A DNA stretch of 37,179 nt. It comes from a virus. Lineage: Duplodnaviria > Heunggongvirae > Uroviricota > Caudoviricetes. This document shows, in pieces, positions 18,441 through 26,392 of the stretch; position 1 is the stretch's first letter; each line of letters begins with the position of its first letter. Made by a program: the position numbers and the translations under genes. The notes below the pieces were generated by a model, which worked only from the letters and a program-made list of their open reading frames with translations, was not told the DNA's origin and did no database searches. Location: the IMG/VR virus record IMGVR_UViG_2909303794_000005; one strand, written 5' to 3'.

Positions 18441-18472
18441 CAATAAAAAAGCCCCACCATTAAGGCAGGGCT
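18441..18472 (-). terminator. rho-independent terminator after putative tail tube gene
   Basis: Minus-strand AGCCCTGCC TTAA TGGTGGGGCT (G-U wobbles in RNA) followed by TTTTTATTG. Confidence 0.6.
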
Positions 18473-18603
18473 TATAATTAATCTTTAGCCTTGCGGCTTC
18501 GTTTAGCTGTGGCTTTCGCCGTAACAACCTCTAATTCTGGAATCACCACCGCTTCATGTTCCGGCTGTGGTTCCGGTTCTATTAAAGGAAGTTCTTCGTT
18601 AGT

Positions 18604-19080
18604 TCATCCGGCAGTATTGAAGATTTCCTGTTTCAGCGGTTTGCCGTCCACTGCAAAGGTAAACTCTTTAGTTACCACTTCTTCATCGCCACCGTTCATA
18701 GCAACTTTAGAAATAAAGCCGTTGAAAGCGGTGCGAATACCAGTCTGTTTTGCTGCGTCAACGTAATATTCTACTTTAATCTGAATACGAGTACCGTCTT
18801 CGGCAGCTTTGATCAGTTTTTCATGTACCGCATCGCCTGGGATGTAGTTAACGGTCAGAGTCAGATCAGGAACGTTCAGCTTCCCTACCAGTTTACGGTT
18901 ATACTGAGAAGAGAAGGATTTAACTTCTACAGTACCGCGTTCGATAGCAGTTTCCGGGAATCCGGCGCACTCTTTAATTTCTTCATAGCCCTCATGGTTG
19001 AGAGCGGTGTTAGTGGTATCGGCGTGATAGAACAGACTTACCAGACCACCAGTAAAAATATCTTTAAATTGCTGAGACAT
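18604..19080 (-). CDS. putative major tail tube protein
   Basis: RBS AAGGGG upstream; 158 aa; followed by a strong terminator and a conserved readthrough extension shared with the capsid gene (see findings). Assignment is by position and expression signals, not by a recognised motif. Confidence 0.45.
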   Translation of the reverse strand: MSQQFKDIFTGGLVSLFYHADTTNTALNHEGYEEIKECAGFPETAIERGTVEVKSFSSQYNRKLVGKLNVPDLTLTVNYIPGDAVHEKLIKAAEDGTRIQIKVEYYVDAAKQTGIRTAFNGFISKVAMNGGDEEVVTKEFTFAVDGKPLKQEIFNTAG

Positions 19081-19110
19081 AGAATTACCCCTTAATTAAA
19101 ATTGTTATTA

Positions 19111-19129
19111 CGGGGGAACTAGTCCCCCG
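19111..19129. terminator. GC-rich hairpin after tail fibre gene
   Basis: CGGGGGA ACTAG TCCCCCG inverted repeat between the fibre stop and the next RBS. Confidence 0.35.
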
Positions 19130-19136
19130 ACTTTTA

Positions 19137-22100
19137 TTATTTAGTTGCTTTGAGTTCGGCAATTTCTTTCTGTAATGCTTCGATCTGGGCTTTATATTTG
19201 GCGTCCATTTCCTGAATAGCTTTAATAATCAAGGCATTAACAGCGGAGTTAGAAATTGTTAAGATCTCTTCTGGCTTATCTGGATCTCCGATCTTTGAGG
19301 TTGTTACTGCTTCCGGCAATTCTTTTTCAAGATCCTGAGCAATAATACCAACTTCATGAGCAATGACAGTACGGTCGGTTAAAGACTTAACCTTATCGTA
19401 GGTGTACACAGTCAAGCGATTAATTTTATCGGTTGCATTCTCTTTATACTCTTCCTTGTTGATTTTAAGGCGAGCATCAGAACGAATATACACATCGTTA
19501 AAGTTACCATTGCGACCAGCTTGGAAATCACCGGAGGCGTTAAAGTCAAAGTTTGTGGTATGAATATGAAGACGTGCCATAGCATTAGTAATAACACCAC
19601 TAGGAACGTGTACACCCATTGCTGCGATGTGGTCTAAACCCCATTTGGTCGCTTTCCATACGTTATATGCGGAAGTTTGAGCATTAGGACAATCAACCAA
19701 TAAGCCAGCAGCGCGAGTTTTCCATTCTGACCATGCACCACCTTGTACTTCTCCGCGAATCAAACCACGGTCGCTACCGTTTGCATACCCACGTTCTAAG
19801 CGAATCATACCAGTCTGGAAAACATGGTCAAATTCTCCGCTGTTATAGTTTCGAATGCGCATTTGACCTGTGCTATCACCCCAGATAACACCACGGTTAG
19901 TACCATTAGCATCCTTAAACCAGAGTTCTTTATTACCATCTCTATACATCTGAATTTGGTTATTGGTACGCAAAACATTAGTAACCACCAAATCACCATT
20001 TATCTGAGCACGACCACCCGTTTCTAAACTACCAGCAACTCTGAATTGAATCGAACCGTTAGAATCACGCTGAGAATATAGATGATAGCTTGTTTCGTCA
20101 GCAAGTTCCCACACCTGAGCGCGAGAAGTTCCATTACCCCAATTCTTAATAAAAAATCTAGATGCAGATCCTTCGCTACGTTCCCAATATAATCGAGACC
20201 CTAAATGTGTTGTTGCATTTATTTCTACTTGACGATTTTCATTGTTGAGACGCATTAAATGATTACCAGCATCACTACCACCTAGTGTAACGTTACCATT
20301 GGCTAGGCTATAGATGAACGGCCTAAAGGTATTCCACGGACCCATAGTGTCGCCTGATTTTGTGCTCATCAGATAAACGTTACTACCGTCATTTCGCCAC
20401 CATGAACCATAGTTACCATATACAGTACGGAAGCCATCAGCATATAAAGAAATGAATTGACCGTTGGTATAGACTCGCTTCATGTTACCTGTCTGAAATT
20501 CGATCTGTCCGTCGATATGTTGACGAATAGAACTGCCACCTACATCGCTATACCATTCAAAAACGTTAGTATCAGCATTGGCATAACCGATCCAACCTTG
20601 ACGCGTAATATTTCCAGTCCGGTTATCTTGAAACGCAATGTGGTTAGATTGACCAGCAGGTCGGCGTAGTGTAATGACATTAGATCCGCCATTTAACAGC
20701 ATACGACCAGAAATAATATTACCCTTATGAGTTCCGGCAATTGAGCTACTAGATTCAATAGTCATAATTTCCTGAGCATCAGTGCTACCAGTAGCCAGAC
20801 GATAGCTGGCACCTTGAACAGTCTCATGCCAGATCATTTCATTATAGTTACTACGGAATTTACGAATATATTTTCGTCCAGTACCCCTATCATTACTCAA
20901 GTGAACAATATCATAACTGTTTTGTGTGTTATCGTCAAAACTCAACACACCACGTTTATTTTCAGTATTAAAAAGAGTTACGTTGCGACCACCGATAACA
21001 CCAACGGAAGGTTTAATTAACGTGGCTTCCGGCGTATCATAAACCGTCAAACTTACATAAACAGATTTCCCATATTCGACAATAACGTTATCGGTATAAC
21101 GCTGATATTTCACGTAGATATCATAGTTATCACCGGAAGTATTGACAGCAAATACCTCAAAATCTTTGTTTGTATTTCTACGGTATGCAATTACGTTAAG
21201 ACCTTTAGGTCTATCGTTACCACTACGCAGAAGAATTTCTACTACGTCAACCTGATCATATGCCGTAACGTTGTAACCATTACCACCATGAATACGGAAA
21301 AACACACTACGCCCGTTTTGTGGAATTGTTGCGGTTGCCAATTTGAAATATGCAGATACGTTTTCGCTAGAATTAGGAACAGACATAGTGACGTTTTTAA
21401 CAAACATCTTGTCAACTTCTGCTTTAGTGTATGCACCGATTTCGCCAGGAGTCGGCTTATCACCTTCGTGATACATCTTATAGCTAAAGTTCTTCTGTCC
21501 TTCTCTATCAAAACCATAGGTTTCAACACGAGATCCACCAGACGCATAACGGAAAGTAAATCCGCGACCGTGAGCTTTACCGGCAGAGTGAGGAACGTTA
21601 AGAGTTAGATCCATGAGTCCATCTTGACCATTGGTACGGAAAGCACCAAAGTAGTTAAGATCTCTCGCTGTCTGGTCTTCCAAATAGTTAGCTGTTTTGG
21701 TTAACAGATACCCGCCGTGCTTAGTGTTGGTATTCTTCTTGATGTAAAGAGCATCGTTACTACCTTCAATACCATCAATTCGACGGTTAGCGGCTGCGAT
21801 CGCTGAATCAGTATCAGTTTTGTTTTTGTCAACCTTTGCGTTAATAGCGGTATGGTTGCTATTCACCGTCCCTGTAAGGTTACTGATTTTAGTATCAGCA
21901 TCGCGTTTATTGTTCGCTACCGTAGTTTCAATGGCTGATTTGTTAGCTGCAACGGTACTCGTTAAGCTGGAGATCTTGGAATCAGCATCAGACTTGTTAG
22001 CTGTAACGGTTTTGGTCAGATTGCTAACATTGGTGTTAGTGGTATCAACACGGCTATTGATCGCGGTGTTATTGTCATTAACCGTCGTGGTTAAAGCTGC

Positions 22101-22577
22101 GATTTTATTGTCCGCATCTCGTTTATTATTTGCTACAGTAGTTTCTATAGCTGATTTGTTAGATGCAACTGTCCCCGTAAGGTTATTGATCTTAGTATCA
22201 GCATCGGTTTTATTTGCCGTGACTGTCTGGGTTAAGTTACTAACCGTGGTGTTAGTAGCATCAATGCGCTTATTGGTCGCTGTATCTTTCGTGGTAATAG
22301 TCTGATTCAGTTCAGCTTTAGCACTAGCCAGATTATTAGCGGCTTCTTGTTTGTTGGAAGCAATAACACGGTCAGTGCTAGTTTTGTTATTGTCTACTTT
22401 AGTGTTAAGTTCAGCGTGTTTTTCTGGAGAAACACTAATTTGGACTACGTTATTATTTTTGTCTTTGGTGTAAATCACATGATCCGCCAACTGTAAGGCG
22501 ATTTCACCCTGTGATAATTGTTCCGGCGTTGGCTTTTTACCAGCCGTCTGTGTGCGTTTAAATTGGATCGACTGCAT
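19137..22577 (-). CDS. tail fibre with C-terminal intramolecular chaperone (peptidase S74-like) domain
   Basis: RBS GTGAGGTGA upstream; 1146 aa; C-terminal SDARLK...LTDRTVIAHEVGIIAQDL...AVNALIIKAIQEMDAKY resembles the self-cleaving chaperone domain of T5 L-shaped fibre / endosialidases as recalled. Confidence 0.8.
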   Translation of the reverse strand: MQSIQFKRTQTAGKKPTPEQLSQGEIALQLADHVIYTKDKNNNVVQISVSPEKHAELNTKVDNNKTSTDRVIASNKQEAANNLASAKAELNQTITTKDTATNKRIDATNTTVSNLTQTVTANKTDADTKINNLTGTVASNKSAIETTVANNKRDADNKIAALTTTVNDNNTAINSRVDTTNTNVSNLTKTVTANKSDADSKISSLTSTVAANKSAIETTVANNKRDADTKISNLTGTVNSNHTAINAKVDKNKTDTDSAIAAANRRIDGIEGSNDALYIKKNTNTKHGGYLLTKTANYLEDQTARDLNYFGAFRTNGQDGLMDLTLNVPHSAGKAHGRGFTFRYASGGSRVETYGFDREGQKNFSYKMYHEGDKPTPGEIGAYTKAEVDKMFVKNVTMSVPNSSENVSAYFKLATATIPQNGRSVFFRIHGGNGYNVTAYDQVDVVEILLRSGNDRPKGLNVIAYRRNTNKDFEVFAVNTSGDNYDIYVKYQRYTDNVIVEYGKSVYVSLTVYDTPEATLIKPSVGVIGGRNVTLFNTENKRGVLSFDDNTQNSYDIVHLSNDRGTGRKYIRKFRSNYNEMIWHETVQGASYRLATGSTDAQEIMTIESSSSIAGTHKGNIISGRMLLNGGSNVITLRRPAGQSNHIAFQDNRTGNITRQGWIGYANADTNVFEWYSDVGGSSIRQHIDGQIEFQTGNMKRVYTNGQFISLYADGFRTVYGNYGSWWRNDGSNVYLMSTKSGDTMGPWNTFRPFIYSLANGNVTLGGSDAGNHLMRLNNENRQVEINATTHLGSRLYWERSEGSASRFFIKNWGNGTSRAQVWELADETSYHLYSQRDSNGSIQFRVAGSLETGGRAQINGDLVVTNVLRTNNQIQMYRDGNKELWFKDANGTNRGVIWGDSTGQMRIRNYNSGEFDHVFQTGMIRLERGYANGSDRGLIRGEVQGGAWSEWKTRAAGLLVDCPNAQTSAYNVWKATKWGLDHIAAMGVHVPSGVITNAMARLHIHTTNFDFNASGDFQAGRNGNFNDVYIRSDARLKINKEEYKENATDKINRLTVYTYDKVKSLTDRTVIAHEVGIIAQDLEKELPEAVTTSKIGDPDKPEEILTISNSAVNALIIKAIQEMDAKYKAQIEALQKEIAELKATK
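19140..19481 (-). other. intramolecular chaperone domain of tail fibre (predicted autoproteolytic release)
   Basis: Begins at the Ser of IR-SDARLK (residue about 1033); domain boundary inferred from the family motif. Confidence 0.55.
21831..22265 (-). repeat. in-frame tandem repeat in tail fibre N-terminal shaft
   Basis: Two near-identical 72-73 aa units (DATNTTVSNLTQTVTANKTDADTKINNLTGTV... and DTTNTNVSNLTKTVTANKSDADSKISSLTSTV...) with about 24 aa sub-periodicity. Confidence 0.6.
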
Positions 22578-22606
22578 CGAATCACCTCACTATAAAACAG
22601 GAATAA

Positions 22607-22624
22607 GGGAGGCGTTAACCTCCC
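22607..22624 (-). terminator. GC-rich hairpin after the 277 aa structural gene
   Basis: GGGAGG CGTTAA CCTCCC, followed on the minus strand by TTATTCCTGTTTTAT. Confidence 0.4.
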
Positions 22625-22654
22625 AACGTTCATGTTTTATTTAGGTAAGCAATC

Positions 22655-23488
22655 TTAATACTCACCGAAATCGATCCGGTCCGTCTTAGCCACTGCGCCA
22701 ATTTCGCTAGGTGTCGGTTTCTCATTGGTGGAATATACCTTGATCCATTCAGAACGACCGTTTTCCTGAATATTTCGGACACGTAAACGCGGTGCGCCAG
22801 AAGTATTACAGGTTAATTGCCATGCGCCATGCTCATTAGCTTGAAGATGAATTAACGATGTATCAGCACCATAAGGGTTAGTGCTAGCCGTTCCTTTGTA
22901 GGTTACGAAACGGTTTCCTGCTAATGCCTCGCTATCAATACCGCCCGTGAATGGATGTACACCAGCACCGATACCAAAATCACCCTGACGTAAGATACGG
23001 CCTTCGGTAGCAATACCCCTTGCCAAAATCCCGCCATCTGGTTCAAGTTTAAATTCCAGTGTTACAGCTTTGTTATCACTACCACGGGTTTTATGTGATG
23101 TGACGTAAGCATCATAGATGACATAGTAACCAGTGTTAGCAGCACTATAGCCAGAGTTCACAACATAGAACATACGGAAGCGTAAAGGTGTTTTATCCTC
23201 TACCGCTTTCATCAACATTGCTTGATGTTCATCGTCAAGAACACGGTTTAACGTGAGTGTTGTCGGTTCCAGTCTACGATAACCAGCAAGTTTCCCCGTA
23301 GCGTCCTGATCGTACTCTTCCAGAGTTTCTATCTCTGTGGATTCTGTTAGCGTAGGGAATGCTGCGACGTTCTCAATAGAACTAAAGCTAGGATCGAAAA
23401 AGTCGACCTGATTGTCTAGCTGGTTAGAGATTGAAATCTCTACATGGCTTCCAGTAAAAATATCTAAGTTATCATGCGTAATATTCAT
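22655..23488 (-). CDS. virion structural protein with fibre-like C-terminal motif
   Basis: 277 aa between connector genes and the tail fibre; C-terminal NEKPTPSEIGAVAKTD echoes KPTPGEIGAYTKAEVD inside the fibre. Confidence 0.4.
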   Translation of the reverse strand: MNITHDNLDIFTGSHVEISISNQLDNQVDFFDPSFSSIENVAAFPTLTESTEIETLEEYDQDATGKLAGYRRLEPTTLTLNRVLDDEHQAMLMKAVEDKTPLRFRMFYVVNSGYSAANTGYYVIYDAYVTSHKTRGSDNKAVTLEFKLEPDGGILARGIATEGRILRQGDFGIGAGVHPFTGGIDSEALAGNRFVTYKGTASTNPYGADTSLIHLQANEHGAWQLTCNTSGAPRLRVRNIQENGRSEWIKVYSTNEKPTPSEIGAVAKTDRIDFGEY

Positions 23489-23497
23489 TATTACCCC

Positions 23498-23920
23498 TTA
23501 AAAACGCGCTAGATAAGAAAATTTAAGGCTAAGTGTCCCAACGATACCCCCATCACTAGAATCATCGTCATAATCGGTATTAGAAGCTACTGGAGTGATA
23601 TCTGAAATAGAGAAGCCCAAATCTTTAAATCGTGGGTTATCCGGCTGAATCTGGATTATCTGGCAAATACCCTCATGGATTTTCGTTTCATGAATCTGAG
23701 AATATAATTGCATTTCGATAACGCATTCAGCTTGCATTGCATTACCACCACGGACCCTAGTGTAAGTCTCATTCATTCCGGTGATCCAACAAACCACGTC
23801 ATCACTAAAGCCTTGCTGAGTTTGTTCTACGTTTAAAGCCAGACCTAAATCTTGTTCGATAATATCTTGCAAGGCGCGTTTGATTTTCAGTCTAGGCATA
23901 TTATTAACGGTAGCGAGCAT
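23498..23920 (-). CDS. head-tail connector / neck protein candidate
   Basis: Start at ATG (MLATVNN...) with RBS AGGGGG 6 nt upstream; position downstream of capsid gene. Confidence 0.35.
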   Translation of the reverse strand: MLATVNNMPRLKIKRALQDIIEQDLGLALNVEQTQQGFSDDVVCWITGMNETYTRVRGGNAMQAECVIEMQLYSQIHETKIHEGICQIIQIQPDNPRFKDLGFSISDITPVASNTDYDDDSSDGGIVGTLSLKFSYLARF

Positions 23921-24194
23921 GTGTACCCCCTGCCAGAGTAATAAAGCAATCAGAAGTATTATCACCATTGCGCTTAACGTATTGAACTTTGAAACGCTGA
24001 TTTTCTACAATGACAATATCACCTTGCTTTAAGTCTCCCTCACGACAGAATAGAAATTCTGTTTCTGTCATTACCCCTTGTTCGTCGGTAGTAGTAATTT
24101 CATGGTAAGCACGAATTGATTTACCACCTTCCACCGAAAATACAGGAGCACTTCGGAACATTCTTGATAATTGTGATTCTGATAATTTGAACAT
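23904..24194 (-). CDS. head-tail connector / head completion protein candidate
   Basis: RBS AAGGGGG upstream; 96 aa directly after the capsid gene terminator. Confidence 0.35.
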   Translation of the reverse strand: MFKLSESQLSRMFRSAPVFSVEGGKSIRAYHEITTTDEQGVMTETEFLFCREGDLKQGDIVIVENQRFKVQYVKRNGDNTSDCFITLAGGTHARYR

Positions 24195-24221
24195 AGTTAC
24201 CCCCTTTATGGAGTATTTACA

Positions 24222-24251
24222 TACAAAAAAGCCCCACCGTTAGGCAGGGCT
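24222..24251 (-). terminator. rho-independent terminator after major capsid gene
   Basis: Minus-strand AGCCCTGCC TAAC GGTGGGGCT followed by TTTTTTG; same element as 18441-18472. Confidence 0.6.
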
Positions 24252-24343
24252 AATTATTATTTTGCTTTCGGTGGACGTCCCACCTTTTTAGCTGTGGCTT
24301 TCGCCGTAACTACCGGAATTTCTTCCGGCAATTCTTCGTTATT

Positions 24344-26347
24344 TCACTCTTCGCCAATTTTCAGAACTTTCAGAGCTTCCGGCTGTGCTACAACGTAGTC
24401 CAAATCTACAAAGATACGAGGCACTACCGCACCACGGTCACGGTATGTAGTTAGATCCATATCCAGTTCCAGACCGCCCCACTCACCGATGGTAATACCG
24501 GAGAAGTCACCCAGAACGATGTGGTCTGCCGGAATAACGCCAGAAGTAACTACTTCGTAACCAGCCAGTTTGCCGTTTTCGATGATATAACCGGAAACGC
24601 CGTTATCTTTCAGGGTAGATTCCAGTTCAGCAGCAGTTGCACCGCTCATCGCAAACTTGATCGCCTGAGCAGGAACGCCAGCGTCGGTCAGTGCTGCAAT
24701 TTCTTTCAGGAAGTCTTTGTAAGAGAAAGCAGCTTTCTTGGTAACGCGGTTAGCGTCTACCAGTTGCTTAACCAGACCAGCCGGACCACGGTCGTTAGCT
24801 TTATCAGACAGAATCAGTTGTTCCAGTTTGATGCGAACAGCTTTGTTAATGTGATCAGTGATCAGGGTAGCGATGCCCGGAACGGTTTTCAGCGACTGAC
24901 GGCTGATCGGGTTGCCACCAGCAAAAGTCTTAGGAGACAGTTTCACGTTTGCAAATTCAGCTTTGCCTTCCGGTGCAGCACCGTTTTCATCAACGAAGCC
25001 GAAAGCGTCAACGCTGGATTTAGTCATTTTTGGAATAGCGGTCGGGGAGTTCAAGCCACTGTAAACAGTCACACCCAGACGACCCAGAACAGATTCCGGC
25101 ATCAGCATTTCGATGTAGGATTCAGTCATCAGTTTTTCGTCAGTGATAGCGGTCAGGTCGGCTTTGGTGTTACCAGCAGAAGCAGCACGCATAGCAGCAG
25201 CCGGAACGAATACAGAGCCACCGCGAGCAGCACGACCACGCTGCATTGCAGCACCAGCAGCCATAGCGGAATATTCAGCTTCGTTAGCACCCAGAGCAGC
25301 ACCATCTACCAGAGAGCGAATTACGTTGTTCAGGTCAAAAGTTTTTTCCATTTTAGAGTCCTTAATTTGTTCGTTATTACGTTGAGCATTGACGAGATTA
25401 TTTAGTGCCTTAGTGCGGAATGCTTCCGGCGTCATGTCTTTAATTGCCAATGCGCGTGCTAATTCAGAGTCATCAATATTTAGTTCGCGTGCAATTTCGC
25501 GAATTTCTTCTTCGTCTTCTTCGGAACGTTCAGCCACTTCTTCGGTTTTTTCTTCTTCAACCGGAGCGGCTTCACGTTCTTCTTTTACTTCTTCTGTTTC
25601 CCGAACAGTTGAACTATCATCATCAACACTTTCAGGATGTTTAGCGTCTTTTCCGTCTTCGAGATTTTCATCTTCTTTATTCTCTTCAACTTGGCGCTCT
25701 TGAGTTTCTTCAACTTTCGGTTCTTTATTTTCTTCTACCGGAGTTTCTTCAACCTGAGCTGATTCTTGTTCTTCTTTGATTTCTTCGATTTGTTCTTTAG
25801 TCATATCGCGTTTAGCCCCCAAATTAACTGTGATAGTATTTAGAGAGCGATTTAAACCGACCGTATCGTCTGCGGGAACGGTGACAAATGAGAGTTCATA
25901 GGGTGCCCACTTAGTAACAATCAATTGTCCTTTGGTGTAGTCGATGTGATATTCTTTAATGTCATAACCGACAGAAATTTTTTCCATCGTACCTTCAATG
26001 ACTTTATTGCGAATATCATTAGCCAAAGTGCCATGCTTAGAGAATTTAACCAGAGCACGGCCTACGTTATCCGCATCGATTCGAGCGTTACAAACGACAC
26101 CAATGTGATTATCGAAAATATGATTGAACAGCAACGGAGCGTTATTATTCAGACGAGACAGATCAACCGCTTCCGGTGTATGTACCAGAATTTCATCTAA
26201 TACCACCATTTCTTGATTTTGCTCATCCCAGAATTGGCGCTGATAAGGCTGTTCACTGGAGAAAGCAATTTCAAATTCGTATTGATCGTTATGCCCTTCG
26301 TTAATAACTCCACCGTAACCGTTAAGATCGCGGCGAAATTTAAGCAT
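24344..26347 (-). CDS. prohead protease - acidic scaffold-like linker - major capsid protein fusion (HK97 fold)
   Basis: N-terminal about 170 aa with HK97-type protease motif ELSFVTVPADD; Glu-rich middle region; C-terminal about 350 aa with HK97-like capsid features. RBS AAAGGTGA upstream. Confidence 0.8.
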   Translation of the reverse strand: MLKFRRDLNGYGGVINEGHNDQYEFEIAFSSEQPYQRQFWDEQNQEMVVLDEILVHTPEAVDLSRLNNNAPLLFNHIFDNHIGVVCNARIDADNVGRALVKFSKHGTLANDIRNKVIEGTMEKISVGYDIKEYHIDYTKGQLIVTKWAPYELSFVTVPADDTVGLNRSLNTITVNLGAKRDMTKEQIEEIKEEQESAQVEETPVEENKEPKVEETQERQVEENKEDENLEDGKDAKHPESVDDDSSTVRETEEVKEEREAAPVEEEKTEEVAERSEEDEEEIREIARELNIDDSELARALAIKDMTPEAFRTKALNNLVNAQRNNEQIKDSKMEKTFDLNNVIRSLVDGAALGANEAEYSAMAAGAAMQRGRAARGGSVFVPAAAMRAASAGNTKADLTAITDEKLMTESYIEMLMPESVLGRLGVTVYSGLNSPTAIPKMTKSSVDAFGFVDENGAAPEGKAEFANVKLSPKTFAGGNPISRQSLKTVPGIATLITDHINKAVRIKLEQLILSDKANDRGPAGLVKQLVDANRVTKKAAFSYKDFLKEIAALTDAGVPAQAIKFAMSGATAAELESTLKDNGVSGYIIENGKLAGYEVVTSGVIPADHIVLGDFSGITIGEWGGLELDMDLTTYRDRGAVVPRIFVDLDYVVAQPEALKVLKIGEE

Positions 26348-26366
26348 TTAATCACCTTTAATTAAT

Positions 26367-26383
26367 TGGGGGCATTGCGCCCC
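26367..26383 (-). terminator. GC-rich hairpin after portal gene
   Basis: GGGGGC ATTGC GCCCCC between portal stop and capsid RBS. Confidence 0.4.
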
Positions 26384-26392
26384 CGTTGGTTA

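Noticed and set aside
21820-22305. 161 aa plus-strand ORF with leucine-rich repeats
   Set aside because: Mirror image of the tandem repeat in the tail fibre gene on the opposite strand; no RBS.
24521-25405. 294 aa plus-strand ORF and Ser-rich ORFs antisense to the capsid gene
   Set aside because: Antisense to the protease-capsid gene; Ser/Arg-rich composition typical of reverse-strand artefacts of Glu/Ala-rich coding sequence.
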